DNA of 64,000 bases from Alphaproteobacteria bacterium. Lineage in GTDB: Bacteria; Pseudomonadota; Alphaproteobacteria; Rs-D84. The notes beneath the pieces were generated by a model, which saw only the letters and a list, made by a program, of their open reading frames with translations, made no database searches and was not told where the DNA came from. Location: the NCBI GenBank assembly GCA_017642585.1, contig JAGCOR010000005.1:47529-111528 (forward strand), in the 5' to 3' direction. The stretch's first letter is position 1. The number at the start of each line of letters is the position of its first letter. The position numbers and the translations under genes were made by a program. This document shows positions 53,164 to 63,556 of this stretch, one piece after another.

Positions 53164-53733
53164 TTACGCCATAAACGGCAAGTTTTCCAAAGTTCCTTCT
53201 GTTACACGGACATTAACGTCTATTAACATAAACACGGAATCTGGTGTCTTTTCCATATCACAAGGGAACAGATTTTCCATCAAAAGGTGGCTGGTGTTAA
53301 CTGTTAATTTAGTTACCAGATGGTCATCGTCCAATAGGGTGTAAATAGGGCCAATATCACGTGGGGTATTTTGTCCTATTTCATGTTCATTTTGTGGGCA
53401 ACGCAGGCCGTCCAATATGGTTTTAACGCGATTATCAATATCGGAACGTGGCACACCTACAATTTCAGGGTGCATCAACAAAATGTCCAATTCCGCAATC
53501 ATTTTCAAATTTGGGGTAATGATAGGGTTCCAATCAATCCCGCCAATATGACGGGTTATAATAGGGCTTTTTGTGGGGCTGGGCATCATGAAATTAGTAA
53601 GGTTATTCCAGGGCTGGAAATTTATTAATTTTTTAAGCTGGGGGTGGAATTGCATACGAATATCCGCAATGTGTTGAGCCCGTTTTTTTGGGTTAGTTAA
53701 AATATCACCATAATATAACAATTTAAACTTCAT
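53164..53733 (-). CDS. Hypothetical protein with RusA-like acidic motif
   Basis: SDIDNRVKTILDGLR...LLDDDHLV resembles the RusA D-x-D-N-x-x-K-x3-D...DD pattern. Confidence 0.55.
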   Translation of the reverse strand: MKFKLLYYGDILTNPKKRAQHIADIRMQFHPQLKKLINFQPWNNLTNFMMPSPTKSPIITRHIGGIDWNPIITPNLKMIAELDILLMHPEIVGVPRSDIDNRVKTILDGLRCPQNEHEIGQNTPRDIGPIYTLLDDDHLVTKLTVNTSHLLMENLFPCDMEKTPDSVFMLIDVNVRVTEGTLENLPFMA

Positions 53734-53888
53734 TTTTTATACCCTTTTCCTTAGATATTTATACCTAAAAAATGCCTTTTTAGAACAGATATTTAACCCG
53801 TTCTTTTTTATCATTTTTCTTTTGTTTTCTCTTGATAATTATATCATAAATTGCTATGTTTTGTATAGCAAAAAGAAAGGATTTATAA

Positions 53889-56288
<2,400 letters not shown>

Positions 56289-56383
56289 ATTAAACAGGGC
56301 GTTCATAATGGGCGCCCAAAATTTTTGTAAAGGTATTGTTTTTTAGTAAGGGATATAAGATTTGAGATAGTGAAAGGAGAATC

Positions 56384-56665
56384 ATGGCGGACGATTTCAA
56401 AAAATCGAACGAAAGTTTTTCAAACAAAACAGATGTTTTGTTCGGGGAACAATGTCGCTTTGAATACGAAGTCCCAAATGATAAAAGGCGCCTGGCAAAT
56501 ATCCCCAGGGTTTTTATGGAACCACAAAACATAAGGGATAATTTAAGCACCAAATTAAACCAAGCTAAAGAGCGCCTGGAACGGATGATGATATTGTCTG
56601 ATGAATCAAAAGATAAAAATATCAGATTTACCGCTATGGCCAGTTTCAAAAAAAAGAAAATGTAA
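56384..56665 (+). CDS. Hypothetical protein
   Basis: 93-aa ORF with strong AAGGAG SD. Confidence 0.6.
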   Translation: MADDFKKSNESFSNKTDVLFGEQCRFEYEVPNDKRRLANIPRVFMEPQNIRDNLSTKLNQAKERLERMMILSDESKDKNIRFTAMASFKKKKM

Positions 56666-56680
56666 AAAAGGTATGAATTT

Positions 56681-57337
56681 ATGAGCGACATTTTCAGCAA
56701 ATCAAAATTAAAATTAAAAATACAAGAAAGAATACACCGACATTTGGGCGACAACAGTCCAATCAGTAATTCCAAATTTCCACATACCAGTAAAATATCT
56801 GCGGTTGTTTTAAATAATCAAGTGTACAAGACATTAAAAAAAATAGCCGATATAACAAACAAACAAAATTGCGAAGTTCCTTTTTTGTTGTTTGGTTTCA
56901 TAGATTTTGAAAATCAACAATTTGTTTTTAATGATATTATTGTGCAATATCCAACAAAATCAAATTCTTACGAGGCCGTATTTTCCAAATATCAAAATAA
57001 AAAATATGCCGAATATTGTATTAACGCAACCAAAGCAGAGGGCAAAATTGCTGCGCACGGGCACAGCCATCCGCGTGTTGGGGCGTGGTATTTAAAGTAT
57101 TCTTTGGCTGATGTTAATGCGTATATAGATATGGCTTTTTCAGATGTTGCAAAAAATGTTGGGATATGTGGATGCTTGTTGACTGGTGGTAATTTTAATT
57201 TTGTGTTTTGTAATGGGGTTGATTTATATCGCTGTGATAATGTTTTTGCAGAAGATTCAAATGGGGAATTTATTCAATTGCCTTGTTTTGGTCCTGATGT
57301 TTTAGCAAATACTAATGAACGCAACATGGAAAGATAA
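56681..57337 (+). CDS. JAB/MPN+ metallo-isopeptidase-like protein
   Basis: CEVPFLLFG (catalytic E) ... HGHSHP ... SLAD matches the E...HxH-x-S-x2-D JAMM pattern. Confidence 0.65.
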   Translation: MSDIFSKSKLKLKIQERIHRHLGDNSPISNSKFPHTSKISAVVLNNQVYKTLKKIADITNKQNCEVPFLLFGFIDFENQQFVFNDIIVQYPTKSNSYEAVFSKYQNKKYAEYCINATKAEGKIAAHGHSHPRVGAWYLKYSLADVNAYIDMAFSDVAKNVGICGCLLTGGNFNFVFCNGVDLYRCDNVFAEDSNGEFIQLPCFGPDVLANTNERNMER

Positions 57338-57338
57338 A

Positions 57339-57992
57339 ATGTTTTCTAAAAAATGGTTTTTTGATTTAGAATCTAAATTACGTGAAATGGGATTGGACAG
57401 TGATGAACAATCTTTTGATGAAATTTTAGAAAACTTGAAACACCCCAAACGCGTAAGTCCAAATCAATTTGCCGAGACAGTGTCTTATGTTATCTTGGCA
57501 TCTGGGTTTAACCAGAAAACAGCCAAAATAAAACACAGAATAATAATGGATTTGTTAAAAAATAATTCAAATAAATCTGAGATATTACCTGTGTTTAAAA
57601 ATGAATCTAAGATAGATGCAATTATAACAGTTTGGAATAATCGCCAAAGTTTATGCGATGGTTTTTATAAATGTCAAAATTTGGAAGAAAAAATAAAATA
57701 CCTGTTACAGATATCTTATGTTGGCGAAACTACCGTTAATCATTTGGCCAGAAATTTAGGTGAAAATCTTCCTAAATATGATAGGTGGATAAAAAGGCTG
57801 GGTGTTGTATTCAGTGGTAATAAAAGTCTTAATGAATTATTAGATAAACCAAAATTAAAACCAGAATTAAAACAAGCGTGTGATGCTATGTTTAATCATC
57901 TGGTCCAAGAAACAGGTTTACCAATTGGATACATAGATGTTGTTTTATTTCGTGCATGCCAAAATCATTTAATAGATATGGGTGATAAATAA
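57339..57992 (+). CDS. Hypothetical protein, HhH DNA-glycosylase-like
   Basis: VILASG, L.ISYVG.TT..HLARNLG...KYDRWIKR, ID.VLFR; translationally coupled to ung. Confidence 0.5.
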   Translation: MFSKKWFFDLESKLREMGLDSDEQSFDEILENLKHPKRVSPNQFAETVSYVILASGFNQKTAKIKHRIIMDLLKNNSNKSEILPVFKNESKIDAIITVWNNRQSLCDGFYKCQNLEEKIKYLLQISYVGETTVNHLARNLGENLPKYDRWIKRLGVVFSGNKSLNELLDKPKLKPELKQACDAMFNHLVQETGLPIGYIDVVLFRACQNHLIDMGDK

Positions 57993-58657
57993 TGGATGTT
58001 AAAATAGAAGAATCTTGGAAAAATGCATTATCTGGGGAATTTGAAAAAGAATATTTTCAAAAACTGACAGATTTTGTTCGTGGTGAATATTTAGCAGGCA
58101 AAACAGTTTATCCAGAACCTAAAAATATTTTTAATGCATTTAATTTATGCCCGTTGAATGAAGTGCGTGTAGTTATAATTGGTCAAGATCCTTATCACGA
58201 ACCAGGCCAGGCGCACGGACTATGTTTTTCTGTGCAAAATGGTGTTGATTTGCCACCTTCTTTGGTAAACATATATAAAGAAATTGAATCAGATATTGGA
58301 CACAAAAGTATTACAAATGGCGATTTAACCCAGTGGGCGCGCCAAGGTGTTTTATTATTAAATTCTACATTGACGGTCCAGGCACATCTGGCCGCATCAC
58401 ATAGTGGTAAGGGTTGGGAAACATTTACTGATGCTGTTATAAAAACAATCGCGCAAAATAAAAAACACGTTGTTTATATGTTGTGGGGATCTTTTGCTCA
58501 AAACAAAGCAGCGATTGTTGATAAAAACGAAAACCTAATTCTAACCAGTGCGCACCCGTCACCATTATCTGCATACCGTGGGTTTTTTGGAAATCATCAT
58601 TTTTCACGTGCAAATGAATATTTAATTGCACACGGTGATAAACCTATAAATTGGTAA
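57992..58657 (+). CDS. ung: Uracil-DNA glycosylase (family 1)
   Basis: GQDPYH, HGLCFSV, PPSL.NI, QGVLLLN, HPSPLSA. Confidence 0.97.
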   Translation: MDVKIEESWKNALSGEFEKEYFQKLTDFVRGEYLAGKTVYPEPKNIFNAFNLCPLNEVRVVIIGQDPYHEPGQAHGLCFSVQNGVDLPPSLVNIYKEIESDIGHKSITNGDLTQWARQGVLLLNSTLTVQAHLAASHSGKGWETFTDAVIKTIAQNKKHVVYMLWGSFAQNKAAIVDKNENLILTSAHPSPLSAYRGFFGNHHFSRANEYLIAHGDKPINW

Positions 58658-58664
58658 ATTGTGA

Positions 58665-59258
58665 TTAATAATTATATGTAACACCCAAACCATAAAACGC
58701 ATAGGAATAGTTATTATGGTCTGTGTTAGCATTGGAAAAATGTTGGGCATATATTTCCATAGCCCATTTTTTATTGAAACTGTATCCGGCTGTAACTTTG
58801 AATTGGAATAACAATTTTGTTCCCAATCTGTCATTTTCTTTGGCCTGTAATCCGGCACCTGCACCAGTGCCAATAAAAAATTTATCCAATTTGAACAGGG
58901 CGATATCTTCTGTGAAATAAATAATAGGAACTGAATAATCTTGCCATTCCCAACCGTTTTTTGCATGCAAACCAAATACCCCGGACAGATTTATAGAGCG
59001 TTTTGCAGGAACACGGAAAAAAGTTGTTGGTTGTGAATATTGAAATGTCGCGATATAAAACGGAACAGGTCGTACAGGTGGCGGTAACAGTATTCCTGTA
59101 TCAAAACCTTGGCCAATGCTGAAGCTGATCTGGTTTTTATATTTACCGAAAAACGGATTTTCTTCTGGTAAAACGCAAGAATCTGCCCATGCAACAGATG
59201 AACAGCATAAAAATATTAAAGATAAAACAATCTTTCTCACAACTCTGAATTGTACCAT
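58665..59258 (-). CDS. Lipid A 3-O-deacylase (PagL-like acyloxyacyl hydrolase)
   Basis: Signal peptide, beta-barrel pattern, catalytic QHFSNA (HxSN), terminal YNY. Confidence 0.8.
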   Translation of the reverse strand: MVQFRVVRKIVLSLIFLCCSSVAWADSCVLPEENPFFGKYKNQISFSIGQGFDTGILLPPPVRPVPFYIATFQYSQPTTFFRVPAKRSINLSGVFGLHAKNGWEWQDYSVPIIYFTEDIALFKLDKFFIGTGAGAGLQAKENDRLGTKLLFQFKVTAGYSFNKKWAMEIYAQHFSNANTDHNNYSYAFYGLGVTYNY

Positions 59259-59337
59259 ATAACAAAATCTAAAACAAATTGTTTTAATAAGAATTATTGT
59301 TGCAAACCAAAAAAAGTTTGATATAATCTTTTGCGCT

Positions 59338-59412
59338 GGCGGCGTAGCTCAGTGGTAGAGCAGAGGAATCATAATCCTTTGGTCAGGGGTCCGAATCCCT
59401 TCGCCGCTACCA
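59338..59412 (+). tRNA. Elongator tRNA-Met(CAT)
   Basis: GGCGGCG/CGCCGCT acceptor, GAGGA-ATCATAA-TCCTT anticodon arm, CCA. T-loop reads TCCGAAT (C55). TTGCAA...TATAAT promoter upstream. Confidence 0.92.
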
Positions 59413-59587
59413 AAATAACAAACGACCCTTGTGGTCGTTTTTTATTTTGATATAATCGCAACGTATGAGGACCCCTGGTCCGACAAAATAGCAGTTGAGA
59501 ACAAGTGAAACGCCGTTCGAAACGTTGCGATTTGGAAAGGGGCCCGTTGCGAAGCAATGGGAATATACAATCCCTTCGCCGCTACCA
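59413..59587 (+). repeat. 175-bp folded tRNA-linked element, copy 1
   Basis: Ends in a 19-nt copy of the tRNA 3' end AATCCCTTCGCCGCTACCA (59569-59587); homologous to 63285-63457. Confidence 0.9.
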
Positions 59588-59668
59588 AAATTCGCCGGCA
59601 TTTGCCGGTTTTTTTATATTTTTTTGTCATAGTAATTTTTTTGCAAAAATACAGATTTTTTAAATTGT

Positions 59669-59706
59669 TTCTACACAACCGATACACAAAGTTCTACACA
59701 AAGATT
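59669..59706 (+). repeat. Three tandem ~11-bp repeats (putative integrase arm-type sites)
   Basis: TTCTACACAA, GATACACAAA, TTCTACACAAAGATT; the same motif occurs at 63147-63172. Confidence 0.65.
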
Positions 59707-59804
59707 GACACCGTATTATGTTTAACGTTATACTAGTTTTTATATAATATACATACCGTAATGAATATGGTTGTATTAAACTGTAAAAGTTAGTGGTGTT
59801 ATAA

Positions 59805-60836
59805 ATGTTACCGATTATGGCCTCTGTTGCTGGTTATGAATTGACAGATGCGGAAAAATACTGGCTAGAGAAAAATCAGCCCGCTGGTATAAGTTTTTTT
59901 TATAATAATATAAAAAGCAAAAAACAGTTACAGCAACTTATAAAACAAATCAAAGAAGTAACCGGTAACGATAAAATATTACTTTATGTTGACCAAGAAG
60001 GTGGACAAGTATGCCGTTTGGTTGGGCAAGAATTTAAGACATATGCACCACAAAAACGACTGGGTGAGGTTTCACCCCAAGCAACGCGGTTGCATGCGGG
60101 TTTAATCAGCACAGATTTCAAAGAACTGGGGCTGAATATGAATAGTTCACCAGTTTTGGATGTTTTGCGTGCCAATACCAGTTCCGTTATTGGGTCGCGT
60201 TCTTTCGGCAGCGATAAAAAATTAGTGGCAGAACGTGGCAAGGAAATGATAGCAACCTTTATCAAAAACGGTGTTTGCCCGATAATGAAGCATGTCCCTG
60301 GCCATGGTTCAGCGGTGGAGGATTCGCATCTTGGATTGCCAATAATCAGTAAGAGTTTGGATGCACTGGAAACCGATTTTTATCCGTTTATGGCTAATCG
60401 TGATATTCCGGCAGCAATGACCGCACACGTTGTGATTGCGGCCGTAGATGATACAAAACCAATCACAATTAGTAAAAAAGGTATAGATACTTTGATTCGT
60501 GGGCATATCGGTTTTGATGGTTTGTTAATTTCTGATGCGATGGAAATGCGTTCACTTAAAGGTACAATCGGTGAGAAAACACGACAAGTTTTGGAAGCTG
60601 GTTGCGACTTGGCTCTTTATTGTAGTGGCGATATCAACGAGTTGAACGATATGGCTGCGAATTGTACGCCTATGAGTGATAAAACAGCGGAACGTTTGGA
60701 AAAAGTATATCAGGTTATTACAAAACCACTGTCGAATGAAAAATATGACTATGTCGAATACGTTGCTTTAACTGGTCCTTTACAGGCTTATTCCAAAGCC
60801 ACTGATATGACGATGGTTTTGGAAAACATGAAGTAA
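59805..60836 (+). CDS. nagZ: Beta-N-acetylhexosaminidase (GH3)
   Basis: VDQEGG.V.R, PVLDV, IGSRSF, KHVPGHG...DSH, MTAHV, ISDAMEM. Confidence 0.92.
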   Translation: MLPIMASVAGYELTDAEKYWLEKNQPAGISFFYNNIKSKKQLQQLIKQIKEVTGNDKILLYVDQEGGQVCRLVGQEFKTYAPQKRLGEVSPQATRLHAGLISTDFKELGLNMNSSPVLDVLRANTSSVIGSRSFGSDKKLVAERGKEMIATFIKNGVCPIMKHVPGHGSAVEDSHLGLPIISKSLDALETDFYPFMANRDIPAAMTAHVVIAAVDDTKPITISKKGIDTLIRGHIGFDGLLISDAMEMRSLKGTIGEKTRQVLEAGCDLALYCSGDINELNDMAANCTPMSDKTAERLEKVYQVITKPLSNEKYDYVEYVALTGPLQAYSKATDMTMVLENMK

Positions 60837-60856
60837 TTGTAAACAAGGAGAATTTC

Positions 60857-61390
60857 TTGTTTAAAGTTAGAAATGCCAAATTGACAGATGCAAATGCCAT
60901 TTATAACATATGGGCTGCTGGATGGAAATATGCGTATGCTAAGGTTTTATCACAAGAATTCTTGGCACATTATGTCAACGATACCATAGTTGAAGAACAT
61001 ATAAAAAGATTCCCAAAGACATTGCGTGAAGAAACAAAAAAAGGAAAGATTTTTCTTGTATTGTGTAGTAATAATAAGGTTGTTGGTTTTGTTTATGGTG
61101 GTTTGCCAAGTTTGCAAAAATACAAGTGCGACTGCGAATTAGACACAATGTATTTAAATACCGAATATATCGGCATGGGTGTTGGCAAATTATTGTTTCA
61201 ACAGTTTGCCAAAAGACTAAAAGCAAGGGGGGCAAGCACTCTGGGATTGTGGTGTTTTTCTGACAATGATAGTATCGGATTTTATAGAAAAATGGGAGGT
61301 GTTATCATTGATTATCAACGTAATACAAAAATCGAAAATGTTTTAGTTGCATACATTAAGTTTGATATAGATGAAGTTCTGAAAAAATAG
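60857..61390 (+). CDS. GNAT acetyltransferase
   Basis: VRNAK..DA, ELDTMYL..EY.G.GVGK.L, N.S.GFY.KMG. Confidence 0.88.
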   Translation: MFKVRNAKLTDANAIYNIWAAGWKYAYAKVLSQEFLAHYVNDTIVEEHIKRFPKTLREETKKGKIFLVLCSNNKVVGFVYGGLPSLQKYKCDCELDTMYLNTEYIGMGVGKLLFQQFAKRLKARGASTLGLWCFSDNDSIGFYRKMGGVIIDYQRNTKIENVLVAYIKFDIDEVLKK

Positions 61391-61450
61391 GCTTTTTAGT
61401 TCTAAAATGGATTTGAACAGATAAAAACACAGGGATAAAAACATAAAACA

Positions 61451-61477
61451 AAAAACCGGTCAAACGACCGGTTTTTG
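61451..61477 (+). terminator. Intrinsic terminator before the DUF3800 operon
   Basis: AAAAACCGGTC-AAAC-GACCGGTTTTT. Confidence 0.75.
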
Positions 61478-61527
61478 TTGATTATTCGCATGTTTTGTGT
61501 TAGGTTCTAATAACAAAAGGAAAAAAC

Positions 61528-62292
61528 ATGACGAACAAAATAAATATTTATTGTGACGAATCGTGTTATTTAGAATACGACAAGTGTCCGTCTATGGTAT
61601 TAGGTGCTATTATTTGTCCTCAAATCTATGTAAAAGAGTTGTCGAGAAAAATAAAAGATATTAAGAAAAAATATAAAATACCTACTACTTCCGAGATAAA
61701 GTGGACAAAAATATCAAAATCAAAAGAAAAACTGTATTTAGAACTAATAGATTTGTTTTGTCAAGTACCATATGTTAGATTTCGTGCAGTGAAAGCGATA
61801 AACAAAAAGCATTTGCATCACAGTGATTTTAAAAGCAGTCATGACGATTGGTACTATCGCATGTATTACATATTGCTTATATACATCATAGAGTACAAAA
61901 ATGATGAGTTTTTCACCTATATAGACATAAAAGATACAAAAAGTTCACAAAAAAGGAATAGGTTAAAAGAGTGTATTGCTAATACATACAATAAAGAGGA
62001 TAATGTTGGTGAAAAAATTGCGGATAGGATTAAAAATATACAGGCCGTGCGTTCAGAGGAATCACAATTACTACAGTTAGCAGATATTCTTATTGGTGCA
62101 ACAGGTTATGAAGAAAGAATCAGTAAAATAAAACAAGAAAAACCAAGTTTTGAGCCAAGTGAAACCAAGTTGAATATTTGTAAACATATAAAAAAATCAT
62201 TGAGAATAACATCGTTTGAAGAAAATATAAGATCCTCTAAGTATAACCTATTCATTTGGTCTCCAGATTACAAAAGGGCAACAAATGCTTAG
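61528..62292 (+). CDS. DUF3800-family protein (phage P1 RlfA-like)
   Basis: N-terminal IYCDES, EIKWTK, YIDIKD, C-terminal S.ESQLLQLADILIG (QxxD). Confidence 0.88.
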   Translation: MTNKINIYCDESCYLEYDKCPSMVLGAIICPQIYVKELSRKIKDIKKKYKIPTTSEIKWTKISKSKEKLYLELIDLFCQVPYVRFRAVKAINKKHLHHSDFKSSHDDWYYRMYYILLIYIIEYKNDEFFTYIDIKDTKSSQKRNRLKECIANTYNKEDNVGEKIADRIKNIQAVRSEESQLLQLADILIGATGYEERISKIKQEKPSFEPSETKLNICKHIKKSLRITSFEENIRSSKYNLFIWSPDYKRATNA

Positions 62293-62791
62293 TTTCCCTG
62301 AAATTATCCCGTTTGACTGGAATGATCCAGAAAACTTAAATAAATGTTACGACATTTATTTAAGGTCTTTATATTTGGGAAATCATTATTTTTTAGGTAA
62401 AAAAGTTCATTATGATGATAAAGAGATAGATGGAAAACACGCATGCTTTTGGCATTTGATAACTAGAAACGAAAAAGATTTTAATGAAAGATATCCAAAT
62501 AGAGAAAGATTAGAACGTATTCATTGGACAGCTTTCATGTTAGAAAATTCAGAATCAGAGGATATTACTTGTTGGGAAGAATTGGTACGAACAAAGAAGA
62601 GAGGAGAAAGATATCAAACTTTTTTATATTCAAAACAATATAAATTTGTAGTTATATTAGAATTACAAAGTCATGATCTTTATAGATTGGTCACTTCTTA
62701 TTATGTTGATGAAAAGTGGAGAAAAGACAGGTTTAAACAACATGCAAAAAGATACCGTGATCCGAGAAAAAGTATCGGGAGCGCAGTATAA
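62285..62791 (+). CDS. Hypothetical protein, phage P1 RlfB-like, possible RNase toxin
   Basis: FWHLITR...RYPN.ER.ERI.W...FVVILE....Y.LVTSY; overlaps the DUF3800 stop by 8 nt. Confidence 0.6.
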   Translation: MLSFPEIIPFDWNDPENLNKCYDIYLRSLYLGNHYFLGKKVHYDDKEIDGKHACFWHLITRNEKDFNERYPNRERLERIHWTAFMLENSESEDITCWEELVRTKKRGERYQTFLYSKQYKFVVILELQSHDLYRLVTSYYVDEKWRKDRFKQHAKRYRDPRKSIGSAV

Positions 62792-62874
62792 ACAACGCCC
62801 CCGGAATTCACTCTGTCTTTTAACAGACTTACCTTCGTAAACTATGAAATAATTTACTTCTACGGTAAGTGAAC
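62767..62874 (-). ncRNA. Putative ~110-nt structured RNA convergent on the DUF3800 operon
   Basis: Multi-stem junction (GUUCAC/GUGAAU, CUUACC/GGUAAG, GUAAAUUA/UAGUUUAC, CUGU/ACAG), 9-bp GC hairpin with U5 tail, dedicated promoter, no plausible ORF. Confidence 0.7.
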
Positions 62875-62880
62875 ACTTAT

Positions 62881-62909
62881 ATAATAACAAAAAAACACAA
62901 AATTGTCAA
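62881..62909 (-). promoter_or_regulatory. Sigma70-type promoter driving the putative ncRNA
   Basis: TTGACA (62909-62904), 17-nt spacer, TATTAT (62886-62881). Confidence 0.75.
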
Positions 62910-63146
62910 TATTTTTTACTTGACTTTTAAAAAATGCATGTTTTATGGAGATTGTAGTTAGTGTATTTATAGGATATAGAATACAAGAATATTCTAATTA
63001 TAATTGATTTTTATATAAAAACTATATTTATAACATTTATTAAATGTTTTTATCCTATTGAAAAATGAAAAAATCAATATTTTTGGGCGAGAGTGGAAAA
63101 TAGGTTGGTTTAGATGTGAGCACATATGGTATTTTTGTATGTGTTG

Positions 63147-63172
63147 TTCTACACATTCTCTACACAAAGATT
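63147..63172 (+). repeat. Two tandem putative arm-type sites near attR
   Basis: TTCTACACA and TCTACACAAAGATT; the latter matches 59693-59706 exactly. Confidence 0.65.
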
Positions 63173-63239
63173 TTTTATTGGTTAGAAAAATCGCTGTAAG
63201 ATGCAGAAATCTGCGTTATTTAATTTCTGGCTCAAACTT

Positions 63240-63284
63240 ATCATAATCCTTTGGTCAGGGGTCCGAATCCCTTCGCCGCTACCA
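63240..63284 (+). repeat. attR: 3' 45 nt of tRNA-Met
   Basis: Identical to 59368-59412; the 5' half of the tRNA is absent. Confidence 0.93.
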
Positions 63285-63457
63285 AAAATTCAAACCGGGT
63301 GTGTCCCGGTTTTAATTTTGGTATAGTCGCGAAAAATGAGGACCCTGGGTCCGACAAAATAGCAGGTTTTGCGAGCGTAAGCGTGGCGAAACCGTTGCGA
63401 TTTGGAAAGGGGCCCGTTGCGAAGCAATGGGAATATACAATCCCTTCGCCGCTACCA
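63285..63457 (+). repeat. 173-bp folded tRNA-linked element, copy 2
   Basis: Ends in AATCCCTTCGCCGCTACCA (63439-63457); last ~65 nt identical to copy 1 while internal stems are diverged. Confidence 0.9.
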
Positions 63458-63556
63458 AAATTTAAACCGGGTTTATCCCGGTTTTTTGTTTGAGTAATCA
63501 ATGATTTTATTGACAGTAAAGATTGATTTGTTATGCTGTGAAAAAAGGAATAATAA

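Larger units (their letters stand above)
59368..63284. mobile_element. ~3.9-kb genomic island integrated in tRNA-Met, no integrase inside
   Basis: 45-bp identical direct repeat 59368-59412 / 63240-63284 starting exactly at the anticodon loop; tandem TACACA-core repeats near both ends; accessory cargo. Confidence 0.85.

Noticed and set aside
59369-59687. Short ORFs on both strands here and at 63241-63609 with similar translations
   Set aside because: The similarity comes from the DNA repeat and tRNA. There is no SD, and differences between copies preserve base pairing rather than codons.
62663-63246. ORFs 62663-62890 (-) and 63058-63246 (+) as an integrase remnant or antitoxin
   Set aside because: No tyrosine-recombinase motifs. 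The first starts within the promoter spacer and runs through RNA stems; the second spans the arm repeats and attR.
63240-63284. A second tRNA-Met gene
   Set aside because: The 5' half (acceptor 5' strand and D-arm) is missing; it is the attR duplication.
59338-63457. CRISPR array suggested by four copies of AATCCCTTCGCCGCTACCA
   Set aside because: The repeats are tRNA 3' ends spaced 175, ~3700 and 173 bp apart; there are no 30-40-nt spacers or cas genes.
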